From Octopus vulgaris (taxonomy: Eukaryota), in assembly GCA_951406725.2 (NCBI GenBank), contig OX597817.1:142166001-142230000 (forward strand): a stretch of 64,000 bases of DNA. The letters are read 5' to 3'. The notes below the pieces were generated by a model, which saw only the letters and a list, made by a program, of their open reading frames with translations, had not been told where the DNA came from and searched no databases. Of this stretch, positions 52,440 to 64,000 are shown one piece after another. Each line of letters opens with the position of its first letter. The stretch's first letter is position 1. The position numbers and the translations under genes were made by a program.

Positions 52440-52625
52440 TTCAAGTGATGGCACACGGCCAGCAATTTTGAGAGGAAGCGACAAATCGCTTACATCGGTG
52501 CAGGGACTTGGCTGGTCCTATATTTTATCGATAGCGAAAGGATGAAAAGCAAATTCGGCCTTGGCAGGACTTGTTCTCAGAACGTAAGGAAGAAATGCCG
52601 CTAATTTTCTTTGTTCGACCCGTTA
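52440..52625 (-). mobile_element. Old family A SINE
   Basis: ttttatcgatagcgaaaggatgaaaagcaaa...ctcagaacgtaa...atgccgctaa. Confidence 0.65.
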
Positions 52626-52692
52626 ACAGTAAGCCATCTCAAAACCTTACACAAATACAAAAATAATACAAAAGGAAGTAACATACATACGC

Positions 52693-52753
<61 letters not shown>

Positions 52754-53618
52754 ATACAGACACATGTCTATACAATATAAATTCTGTGACTTGTGAAAAT
52801 ATCCAAACAAAATTATTAATTTACATTGACTAAAGAAATAATAATCCTCATAATCAGAGGTGAAGTTTGGGAATCTCAGACACAACCCAGTCGTTGTATC
52901 TTTATGCTCTCTTCGGATGAATAGGGTTGGTAGGCCCTGATGTTTTTTCCTAACCGGTTTCCTGTCAAGGTAAACTCTTTTAATCTCCGCCTATTTGCAC
53001 GCTATTACAGACAGAATGAGTCTATGCTTCGTATTGTGCTTCACGAAGTCTAACCAATTTCCAAGATGGCCTCCTTTACATTGTACACAATCGTTATCTG
53101 TAGACACAATAGGGCCTTCTCAAACATACATACTTTAAGAAAAAATAAACAGTATCTCACATCAAGTTGCTTTACAGCTTGTTGGATATTAACCCAGAGG
53201 TTCTAAGTCCTCATACTTTTGAAAGATAATCGTTGACCTCGTAATGGATTCATCCGTCCTTTTTTTAGGGCAAGTGCTTGTCGAACTGGATCTATAGCAA
53301 CCTTATGAAGGACCTAGTTTAGTTGCCAATGACAATGACTATGGAACAGATTGTCTCGGACTACTTGTTATCAGAAGCATTCATATGTGACAAAAAGTTT
53401 GTGTGTGCATGTAAACGCGTGCATCTGTGAGTGATGTGTACTACGAAAGAAAACTGTTTTGGGGAGATATTGGGTAACCTAGTCGTAATTACTCGAATAC
53501 GAAGACCTTTATTAATGGAAGGCTTTCTAGCATAACACAAGACTGGCCGATCAAAGTTGCAATGGGACTAAACAGCTATAACAGCAACAGAACCACATCC
53601 ACCGACAACAACAACAGT

Positions 53619-53975
53619 GGAGGCGCAATGGCCCAATGGTTAGGGCAGCGGACTCGCAGTCGGAGGATTGCGGTTTCGATTCCCAGACCGGGCGTTGTGG
53701 ATGTTTATTGAGCGAAAACACCTAAAGTTCCACGAGGCACCGGCAGGGGGTGGTGGCGACCCCTGTTGTACTCTTTCTTCCTGTTCCTTGTCCCCGACTT
53801 CCTACGCAACCGCTGAGCCTGGATGCGCATTCATCCATCAGTCGATGCTCTCGGTGTCGGGGGTTGACCTGCTTTCTCTTCTGCGGGTCTTACGAATAGC
53901 AAAGGACCACGTTTCGGACTTCTCCCACTACAGAGGCGCGATCTTGCGAGCTCTGGGACGAAGACCGCTTCGCTC
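53619..53975 (+). mobile_element. tRNA-headed SINE (family C head, different 3' half) in (CAA)n
   Basis: A-box TGGCCCAATGG, B-box GGTTTCGATTCC; 5' part matches 50325-50460; CAA repeats on both sides. Confidence 0.75.
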
Positions 53976-54578
53976 AACAGCAACAGCAACAACGACAACA
54001 ACCACGGTGATAGCGGCAAAATCAACAAGAACAACCACAACATCGAGACGTCCACCGGGTCGTTTCCAGTGATAGTTCTACTCAACCGAACAACATAATT
54101 TTATATTTTATATTTTATAAAAAAATAATGTGAGTCTATTATTAAGTAACTGTAAAGTTTTCACTGCTTTTCACTCTGGTATTTATGTTGCATCGGAAGT
54201 AAACACAGACATTACTATAACGATCCATTCATTCTCTTCTTACCAGATTTTTTGAGATATTACGTTACGTTAATGGCAACACGAAGATTGCTTAAGCTTC
54301 TTCAGTTCTTATTTATTTCTTTATCGTTTTTCAGAGTTAATTTTATTTATTTTCTGCAGTTTTGAACGCGCGCTTGTGTGTATGTTTGTGTTTGTTTATG
54401 TATGTGATGTGTATGTAATTGTGTGCATGTGTGACTGTAATGGCATGTGTAAATGTACATAAAACTGATGTAAGTCTATGCGTAAAATCTTGGGGATGTC
54501 TGTGTGTTTCGTTACAAATACGTTCCCCGAAAAAATTGCACACATGAGATAGACAGACAGACATAGATAGATAGATAA

Positions 54579-54654
<76 letters not shown>

Positions 54655-54759
54655 ATAGATAGGTAGGTAGGTAGGTAGGTAGGTAGGTAGGTACGTAGGT
54701 TGGGGCAGGGAGTTATGTTGGTAGATAGATGGATACATAGATACATACAAACATACATA

Positions 54760-55280
54760 CATGGTGGCTGCCCCCTCGTTATCGAGTATGGCCATTGCAC
54801 GAAGCTTAATCAATGTTGTTATCGTGCAATGTCTGTGCAAGAAGACTTTTTTTAAAGTGAGGAAAGGCTGTGCACTGAGGCAATCCCACTCACTAAGCAA
54901 GAGCAGCCATAATCCGAAAAGAAGAACATGTCAACATCATCAGTAACCACTGAGCCGCAGGTTTTATGTCGGAATTATCCCAGTTACCTGAGTTACCTTC
55001 TCCTAGAAGGATGCCCTAACAAAGGCTAGGATTCCTCCACTACCAATGGTTTAACCGCGCGATCGGATATTCAGTCCGATTATTTCTATGTCCCCGCGCA
55101 TGATACAGCCTTAAGGCATTTATTGGATGGCCGTTGACTCTCAAGAGTTCCTCCGCCCTTTGACGGGTTTTGTTTTTCATTCCGCAGGGTGACCAATAAA
55201 CACCCTCCTCACCAAGCAAGCTTGGTGGAGTTGCCGGTTTAGTCGCCGACGACCCGACCATGCAGCAGGTTGTACTAGTT
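54760..55280 (-). mobile_element. RTE-derived non-autonomous element
   Basis: Minus strand gggcatccttctaggagaaggtaactc resembles RTE 5' regions; ends cgagggggcagccacca; hairpin near the 5' end. Confidence 0.45.
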
Positions 55281-55419
55281 TACATGTTACCAGTAGCACT
55301 CGAAAGTGACATACATACATACATTCATAGGTAGGTAGATAAAAAGATAGATATGTTTCTTTATACAAAGTAAAGCTTTTCTTTTTGTGAAGAGAAGAGA
55401 ACAAAATAAGAAAAAAAGG

Positions 55420-57331
55420 CGGCGGTAGAAATTCGATCAAAAGGGATCGTTGAAAAAAATGGGGAGAAGACCGATCAATAGGGATCGTGTATCACAGAAA
55501 TGACATAATGTAAAAAGGGGAAACATATTAGGTTTATTGATGGAAAGAAAAGCCTACGGAAAAGACCACAGTAAACTTGGGCAATAATGTCATGCAAAAA
55601 AAAATCCACATTACAGTAACTCTCTTTTTTCTTTTCGTTTTTAGCTTCATAGGATCATACTCAAGGTGGATTCACCATTCACACGTGCCATCCTTACTAC
55701 ATTCACCCATCTTTTCGTGAAACATTCACTAGACAAAACTTCCCTCTCTACTCTCACCTTCCTTTTCAAGTGATACTTAAAGAATTTAATGAGAGATTCA
55801 CCAGAGAGAAAAGTGTTTGTGTCTAGACATTTCAGACGTGTCCACCATACACATATTTCGCCATAGCCACAAGTACGATGAAAATGGCTCTTCTTTCCCG
55901 TTTCAAGGAAAGAGGCGCGACAATATTCACGATAGACTCGGTTGATAAACTGACTCGTCCCACACGCGATAGCAGTCGTTCGACATAGGCGCACAGGTCG
56001 GTAATGGTTGGACACTGAACGAATGCGTGCAGATCGGCCGCGTATTTCTCGAGCCATGCCTGTAGAGCCTATCCCGAACCGGTAGCGCTTCACGATAGCA
56101 CTGCCAAGCCAGGGATCTCTGGAAGTTGTCCATAGATCCCGCCCCGAAAATCGTCTTGAACAGGCGGGTCAGGTATTCCTCGTCGACACCCAGGTTCGCC
56201 CCGAGCTCGTCGTCGTACCTCCCCTCCACTAATCCCCTAAAGAATGCTTTGGTTATGTTGAAGTCGCTCAGGGTCGACCTGGGACGGCATTGTTGCTCGA
56301 GAGCAACGCGACACTCGCGATGCCATTCGCCCTTCCTCGGCCTCTTTTTGATCCCCGCCTGCAGTTCGGTCATGGGGACGAGCTGCGGCAAAGTGCGCCT
56401 CACAAACGGCGACCACACCTGCTCACCGTCGTCTACATACAGCCGGAGATGTCACAGTCTCATCGCATGTATGCGCATCATCAACCACGGCATGCCTAAC
56501 CCTCCTTTTAACGGGCATTGGTAGCAAACGGATCGCCTAACCATCGGAATGCATCCTTTTCACAAGAATCGAAAGAGAATGCGTTCCAGTTTGGTGATGG
56601 TAGGCACGACGGTCAGGTGGTAGTAGATGACGGACGCGATGTAAGTGTTCGCCACCTCCTCCCGACCATTTGGGGACAGCTTCCTCTCGGCCCATTGCTG
56701 GGCGAAAGTGACCACCCTACTCGTTATCTCGTTCCTGTTCTTCTCCGTTTGATGATCCGGACCAAACCAGACCCCGAGCAACTCGACCAGACCAAACCAG
56801 ACCCCGAGCAACTCGACCGGACCGTCGGTCCAGCGTCCCACGACGGAGGCGCTGCTGGACGGCATGGGCTTGCTTCTCCAGGTGCCGAGCCGCAAGCCCA
56901 CTGACTTTTCTCGGTTAATTTTTGCTCCTGTTACCGCTTCGTATTCTTTTAGTGTCTCGCCGACCAGGTTGATGTGCTTGTGGCTCGACACTATGACAGT
57001 GACGTCGTCTGTGTATGCAGACACACTCGTACCGCATCCCAATTCTCGCGAGATGCTCCTCAGCGTCGCCAGCTTCCGCCGTAGTGGCTCGAGAGTCAAT
57101 ACGTATAGAAGCGACGAGAGGTGGCATCTCTGACTGACCGAACGTGCAATATCGAAAGGTCTCGATAAATGTCCATTCACGCGTATTACCGAACGGATGT
57201 CTCTGTACAAAGCATATATCCAGCCGTGAAAGACGGGACCGAAACCAGCCGCTATGAGAACAACCTCCACATATCGGTATTCTACCCTATCGAAAGCTTT
57301 GAATTGATCCAAATTGATGAGGGCCCCGCCC
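55420..57331 (-). mobile_element. 5'-truncated Tx1/L1-clade LINE (RT + zf-RVT), decayed
   Basis: GALINLDQFKAFDRV, SQRCHLSSLLYVL (QGCPLSP-like), AYTDD, GAKINREKS, W..RKLS..GR; frameshifted C-terminus; 5' end joins (GATA)n. Confidence 0.92.
56761..56820. repeat. 30-bp in-frame tandem duplication within the LINE RT
   Basis: accaaaccagaccccgagcaactcgacc twice (VELLGVWFG twice). Confidence 0.95.
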
Positions 57332-57346
57332 AGATAGATAGATAGA

Positions 57347-57405
<59 letters not shown>

Positions 57406-57645
57406 TGTAGGTAGGTAGATAGGTAGATAGGTAGGTAGGTAGGTAGGTAGGTAGATAGGTAGGCAAGTAGGTAGGTTGGTAGGTAGGTAGATAGGTAGGT
57501 AGGTAGGTAGGTAGGTAGGCAGGTAGGTAGGTAGGTAGGTAGGTAGGTAGGTAGGTAGGTAGGTAGATAAGTAGGCTGGTATGTAGCTAGGTAGCTAGGT
57601 AGGTAGGTAGATAGGTAGGTAAGTAGGTAGATAGATTGATTGATA
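57332..57645. repeat. (GATA)n/(GGTA)n tetranucleotide array
   Basis: Direct reading. Confidence 0.95.
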
Positions 57646-57653
57646 GAGAGCTA

Positions 57654-58965
57654 CGAGGGACGCTCAATAAGTAATACCTCTGACCCACTTGCAGTTGTTT
57701 GATCTAGCTGTGCAATTATTCATGTTTGATCTGCATGTGCAATTATTCATGTCTCTACAGATTAAGTAGTAAATTACAGCTCCGTACTAATTGTGGTTTC
57801 TGATTTACAGGTGTTTGAACTGAGTCAAGTGTGAAATGGAGCCTGTTGAGTGTCGAGCAGTGATCCAGTTTTTGTATTTGAAAGGACGCACACCATGGGA
57901 GACTTTTGATGAAATGAAAGTTACTTATGGTGATGATGCCCCATCAGATGACCTTGTAAAATGCTGGCATAATGAATTTAAACATGGTCGGAACTCTGTG
58001 GAAACAGCTCCCAGATCTGGTCGCCCCCCCCCCTTCTGCCATTGATGAGGCATTTGTCCGTCAAGTTGAGGCTGCCATTTTGGAAGATCGACGCATAACT
58101 ATTCGCCAAATAGCCCATGAGGTCAAGATTAGTACCGGGTCTGTGGAAACTATCATTCATGACCATTTGCATATGCAAAAGGTGTCTGCCAGATGGATTC
58201 CGAGGTTGCTCACACCTTTCCAGGAGCAAGAACGCGTCGAGTGCTCGAGAATGAATTTGGAGATGTGCCAAGAAGATGAGTCAAAATTTTTCAAAAGACT
58301 AATTACACAGGATGAAACCTGGGTCCATCAAGATGATCAAGGGACCAAAGCCCAGTCAATGCAGTTCAAGCACCATGACTCACCCCCTCCAAAGAAGGCA
58401 AGGGTGCAGCCCTACGCTGGCAAGGTCATGCTCACAGTCTTCTGGGACCAGAACGGAGTAGTGATGACAGATTTCCTGGCAAAGGGTACCACAATTACAG
58501 GAGCCTATTATGCTTCACTTTTGAGGAAATTATGAGAAGCTATCAAAATCAAGAGGCGGGGCAAGATCAGCAAAGGCATCTTCCTCCTTCAGGACAACGC
58601 TCCGGTCCACAACTCGCGTGTCGCCAGATCAGAAGCACAGGCGTGCGGCTATGAACTCCTCCTCCTTCCCCCCTACTCTCCTGACCTTGCACCCTCTAAT
58701 TTTCACCTCTTCCCAGGCAGGAAGTTGTTTTTGAAAGGAAAGCGTTTCCCAGATGATGCAGCCTTGATTTCTGAAGTCACGTCGTGGTTGGAGGACCAAG
58801 CTGGGGTCTTCTACAAAAACGGTCTCCAGAGCTGCATCAAACAATGGGAGAAATGCGTAACTCTGGGTGCTTCCTATGTAGAACAGGACTAATAACTGTG
58901 CCAAATTTCGTTGCTCTACTATTATGGGAACTGGGTCAGGGGCATTACTTATTGAACGCCCCTCG
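57654..58965 (+). mobile_element. Full-length (1312 bp) inactive mariner element
   Basis: About 34-bp imperfect TIRs (cgagggacgctcaataagtaatacctctgaccca / tgggtcaggggcattacttattgaacgcccctcg), TA on both sides. Confidence 0.95.
57836..58892 (+). pseudogene. mariner DD34D transposase pseudogene
   Basis: RAVIQFL HTH, WIPRLL, TQDETWV, QDNAPVH, PYSPDLAPSNFHLF (third D is N). Frameshift in a C run near 58025-58033; TGA at 58533-58535. Confidence 0.93.
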
Positions 58966-59026
58966 TAGCTAGCTAGCTAGCTAGATGGATAGATAGATGG
59001 ATAGATAAATGGATAGATATATAGAT

Positions 59027-59105
<79 letters not shown>

Positions 59106-59399
59106 GATACATATACATATTCACAGATATATACATACATACATGCGAACATACTTACATTCCCAGACAAAAATTAGTGTACACATGTATGTGTGTTATA
59201 TACTTTTTATTGTTATTTCACTCTGGCTCAGATGGCAAATATACGAAACAAAGTAATCGATATTGTTATTTAAAGAAAAATAACAATGTTTATTCCAGGA
59301 TTTAGTTTGGGTTAGTCATCAGTCACAAATATTTCTCGTTCACCCGAGGATCGGGATCAAGACATTCACAGATAAACATATTCACATAAATGATATGAC

Positions 59400-59700
59400 C
59401 TGTTGTGAAAATCAACTGCCATCTGGACAACAATATGGTTGGAAAAGTAGGAGAGAAGATGTATTCTTGATAAGAGATTTGATAATTCAGTGTCCAAAAT
59501 TCTCTTTCAGCATCATGCCTATTATTACTGGAGCAATGACATACATACCAAACCCGTCTGGATCAAAGTATTTCTGGACTTTGGATCTTGACGAAAGAAT
59601 GCAAATCCTCAAGTAATACTACTATAAATGATCACTATATATCTGGGACTATAAAAGCCTGTGAGACGTTCTTAAGATTAAAGGACGACGAACAGAAGAA
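59400..59700 (+). pseudogene. Possible highly decayed Ty3/Gypsy RT fragment
   Basis: Only SGSKYFWTLDL resembles the G.KYFS.LDL motif. Confidence 0.3.
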
Positions 59701-59913
59701 GGTTTCCTTCACGTCCTTGCTATCAAGTAGGTGGCTGGTCAAAGGTTATCGTAAATGAAACAGAGAAAGAGAACAAAAGTGCACAACACACATACATACA
59801 CACACATAACAGACATACATACATGCATAAATACATGTGTGTGTGTGTGTGTGCATATGCGTGAGTCTGCATGCGAGTGTGTGCGTGTGTATACGTGCAT
59901 TTGTATGTATGTA

Positions 59914-60745
59914 CAGTAATCCCTCGACTATCGCGGGTGTTACTTTCCCAAACCCCTCGTAACAGGTGAAAATCTGCGTAGTAAAAACAGTACTCTATAT
60001 GTTCTTTACTATTTCTATAATTTGTATATATTTATTTCATATTGAATACAAAACAGCACCACACACTCGCCTCCCGACTTTCGTTTTCCATACAGTATCT
60101 GCAATTCTTTGTTTACTCATCTACGGTTTACTAAGTATTTTCTTTTATATATTTTAATTAATGTGTTATGCAGAGCAGTACTGTATAGTGTTTATGTTTA
60201 CTAATTTATCAATTTTTAGGGTACTTATTTTACCGCAGAAATTAATTAAAATCTAAAATATATATATAATATAGGATTGGCTGTGTGGGAAGTGGCTTGC
60301 TTACGAACCACACGGATCCGGGTACAGCTCCACTGCAAGTGTCTTCTACTATAGCCTCGGGCCGACCAAAGCCTTGTGAGTGGATTTGGTAGATGGAAAC
60401 TGAAAGAAGCCTGTCGTACATGTATATATATGTATATGTTTGTGTGTCAGTGTTTGTTCCCCACCATCGCTTGACAACCGATGCTGGTGTATTTACGTCC
60501 CCGTAACTTAGGGTTCGGTGAATGCGACGGATAGAATAAGTACTAGATTTACAAAGAATAAGTTCTGGTGTCGATTTGTTCAGCTAAAGGCGGTGCTCCA
60601 GCATGGTCGCAGTCAAGTGACTGAAACAAATAAAATACATATCGGCCGCAGAAACCCGCGATATAAATTAACATATGTTAGTCAGAAAAATCCGCTATGT
60701 ACTGAGAGCGCGATAGGTGAACCGCGATACAGCGTGTGATTACTG
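59914..60745. mobile_element. Tigger/pogo-like MITE with nested family B SINE (about 60272-60635)
   Basis: TIRs cagtaatccctcgactatcgcgg / ccgcgatacagcgtgtgattactg; TA on both sides. Confidence 0.8.
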
Positions 60746-61562
60746 TATATGTTTGGGAGTGTCTACATATTACCACCATCTATGTTCACAGATCATAAGT
60801 CGACTAACATTATTGGCAGAATTCTATTTACCCTGTAATAAGTTTGTTATATATCACATGACTTGCACGCATACTTATATACAAGTCACCGCGATCACGG
60901 CCAAATGCACAGCAATTAACACAATGACCTAGTTGGCACATACGACCCACTTTTCGCCCGTATGGCTCCACCTTCATCTCCTCTCCCTCACATTCCCTCT
61001 TCTCCATCGCTTTTCCCATTTACTTTTTGTACTCTCCATCGTCAACTTTTCGAGGACCTTACGATTACTTTGTATTTCACTGACCTACGTGAAATATATT
61101 TTGATAGATCGCCCGTTCGGTCACTCATTTATGCTTTGATCAATTTATTCATGTTTTCAATGATCTACGTATTCGTTTGGTTGACCAGCTTCCTCTTCTT
61201 TCGCCATTCTTGCTTTGCTTTTCCTCTTTAATCTATTCCCTTTTCTATTCCTTGTTCTCAGCCCTACATACCTACTGTCTCTCCTCATTCTCCCCTCTCT
61301 TTCTATTTCTTTTCCCGTTCTTTTAATATTCTATACACGCTAGCTATGTCTTTTCTTGTGGTAGGTAGGTCCTGTTGTTATAGTCTGACTTTAGCTGTTC
61401 CATTAACAATTTGAAATGTCTTCACTGAGGACGATGCTTTGTAAGAAAGCGATTCGTTTTACTTCTTTACGTAACGATCTGAAACACGTGTATTCAACAC
61501 ATTCGAAATATCACTATTCGGTGTTTTCTTTTCCTTTTCTAGTTTCAGCTCGAGAGCTGGGG

Positions 61563-61590
61563 CATCACCACCACCACCACCACCACCACC

Positions 61591-61646
<56 letters not shown>

Positions 61647-61845
61647 CATAATCAACCTCCTCCTCATCATCATCCTCATCACCATCCTCCTCCTCCTCCT
61701 CATAATAATAATAATAATAATAGTAATAATAATAATAATCATAATCATCATCATCCTCATCATCATCCTCATCCTCATCGTCATCATCATCGTCATCATC
61801 ATCAGCAGCAGCAGCATCATCATATCATCATCATCATCATCATCA
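61563..61845. repeat. Compound CAC/AAT/CCT/CAT microsatellite
   Basis: Direct reading; source of the poly-H/N ORF. Confidence 0.95.
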
Positions 61846-62194
61846 TATATTTCATATGTGTATGTGTGTATGCGTGAGCGCCAGTGTATGCATGTATTTC
61901 TACTTGTATATATTACATACATAAATACATACACAAATACACATACACACATGCACTCAAATATACATACGTTGTAACGTGAGTAAACGGTCAACGCGTT
62001 CGCTTCGCAGCCATGTGCTGGAAACCACTGCGTTTCCATTTGACCAAATGCTATTTATCAGAACATTTTATTGGTTACCCGAAAACTGATCAGAAGTCCA
62101 TCAGATGAATTATATATACTCAGGTGTTTCAAACTCCCCGTCGCTCAGATTCGGTTAAAGATTCACGTATCAGGAATGTCTTTCATTTTCTAGT

Positions 62195-62690
62195 TGATTC
62201 AGTCATTTGACTGCGGCCATGCTGGAGCACTGTCTTGAAAAGCTTTAATCGAACAAATCGACCCCAGGACATTTTTTAAAATCCTGATAATCATTCTACC
62301 GGTCTCTCTTTTGCGAACCGCTAAGTTATGGCGACGTAAAACTACCAACATCGGTTGTCAAACGGTGGGACACACACACACACAATACCCCCCCCCCACA
62401 CACACACACAATACCCCCCCACACACACACACATACACACACACATAGGAAGGTTTAGGCCTCTGGTAATCAAAACTAATAGGTATGCATTCTGAGTGCT
62501 CTAGTTGATAAGCCGCTAGGGGGCTGGAGTAGGCGATCCTTCAGTTTACCTCTGCCAAATACACTCACAAGGCTTCGGTCGACTCGGGACTATAGTAGAC
62601 GTGAACTGCCTGAGTGGCCACGCCGTGAGAGTGAATCCGGAACTATATGACTGGGAAGCAAGCTTCTTGCTACGCAGTCGCCCGCAATTA
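62195..62690 (-). mobile_element. Family B SINE, diverged and interrupted
   Basis: tcagtcatttgactgcggccatgctggagcac tail and gactatagtag..gcaagcttctt head. Confidence 0.75.
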
Positions 62691-62829
62691 ATTACTCCTT
62701 AATTCAATGATCATGTAGTTCGGGTCATCAAAAACTGAACTTTCATTCTTTCTGCCGACCTCGACGGAGAATCATATGTTTTGTGTCTTGTATGTTGGAG
62801 CGGGTTTCTGTGAGTGTATGTGCATGTAT

Positions 62830-63420
62830 GCGTGTAATGCTCAAAATTCCAAGCCCTCTATTACCAGCAAAGAAATATACTTTAGATCAAACGGTGCAGT
62901 AATCTCTGAGTTAAACCCAGTGCCTTACGTGGAAATCCATATGAACAACGATGCTTCATTTCCTGTACATATCATCAAGATACTGACTATGCGCAGACGA
63001 AGAGCGGTATGTATTCTGAGAACTTTCAGAACAACTGAACAGGAAGATCTGCTAGTCCCATGGAAGACATTTCTCAGACCTCTGGAGTAATGGTCTCGAC
63101 TCTGGACATGCATATAGTGTCAGATTAATAGCAGAACTCAAGACTAGGAAGATTGCATCAACGAAACAATTGAGCTACTAGGAGAAACTGACGGAGAGTA
63201 CATGCAAAAGCAGACAGGACGCCACTGCACTGTTCTAAAGTTCACACCCATCCTGTCTGGATTGAGGACCGGGTACAACGATAGCCAAGGTTTCAAAGGC
63301 CCACGGATATTTAATATCTTGCAAAACAAAGCCAAATGAGATTTCGTGGAACGAACGTAGAATGGATTAAGGAATCAAATTGTCCTTCTGCTATACAAGA
63401 TCTCAGGTGCCCTTGCATCA
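62830..63420 (+). pseudogene. Degenerate CR1/L2-like LINE post-RT fragment
   Basis: IHMNNDASF.VHI.K......ILRTFRT.EQE.L...WKTF...LE.WS.LW matches the pattern of CR1-group thumb regions. Confidence 0.6.
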
Positions 63421-63454
63421 TCACTCAAGGAAACTTAAAAGAGGGTAGCAATAT

Positions 63455-63672
63455 CAAACTGGCAGAATTGTTAGCACGCCGGGCAAAATGCTTAGCGGTA
63501 TTTCGTCTGCCGTTACGTTCTGAGTTCAAATTCCGCCAAGGTCGACTTCGCCTTTCATCCTTTTGGGGGTCGATTAAATAAGTACCAGTTACGCACTGGG
63601 GTCAATGTAATCGACTTAATCTGTCCTTGTTTGTCTCCTCTGTGGTTAGCGCCCTGTGGGCGATAAAGAAAT
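63455..63672 (+). mobile_element. Family A SINE
   Basis: Colinear with 47744-47975. Confidence 0.88.
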
Positions 63673-63768
63673 ATAATGTAAATTCCATCCTTCACCAATA
63701 AAGAATAGCTATTGAAAATGTGTCCCCAGAGTCTTCACGCATAAACGCATAGAAGAATGAACGAATAT

Positions 63769-63841
<73 letters not shown>

Positions 63842-64000
63842 CACACGCACGCACACGTACACAAACATGCACACACATATATGTGTATGTCTTTTTTTGT
63901 GGCAGTGAGAGAAATGAGGAAATTTGTCACACTTATTTCTAGCCTATCTAGTGACCACATACATGACTTGCTCATTAAGTCCTTTCTCCATAACTGGAGA

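Noticed and set aside
53619-53692. tRNA gene
   Set aside because: A and B boxes are present but there is no complete cloverleaf, and it continues into SINE body; the same applies to the other SINE heads.

Overview
AT-rich, microsatellite-saturated eukaryotic DNA with no host protein-coding gene I can support. The SINE families suggest an octopus/cephalopod genome, which is an inference from repeat recognition. The window is a mosaic of mobile DNA: (1) a very young, near-intact Neptune-type Penelope-like element (PLE; RT plus C-terminal GIY-YIG) with a 1.14-kb pseudo-LTR duplication at 16814-22488; (2) a second 5'-truncated PLE; (3) R4/Dong-like RLE LINEs sitting in (AAT)n; (4) Tx1/L1, RTE, CR1-like and I-like LINE relics; (5) a full-length dead mariner, mariner and Tc1 fragments, and hAT and Tigger/pogo-like MITEs; (6) dozens of tRNA-derived SINEs in three families. 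The most notable hidden signal is a set of about 8 minimal type-I hammerhead ribozyme (HHR) motifs from at least 6 unrelated sequence families within about 31 kb. They occur in PLE termini and in short ORF-less, microsatellite-embedded elements, and several have non-canonical catalytic cores (CUGUUGA, UUGAAAA, CCGAAGA). There is also a decayed Myb/SANT-polyQ-CCCH ORF and two local templated inverted duplications. All folds and alignments were made by eye; no searches were run, and repeat boundaries are approximate.
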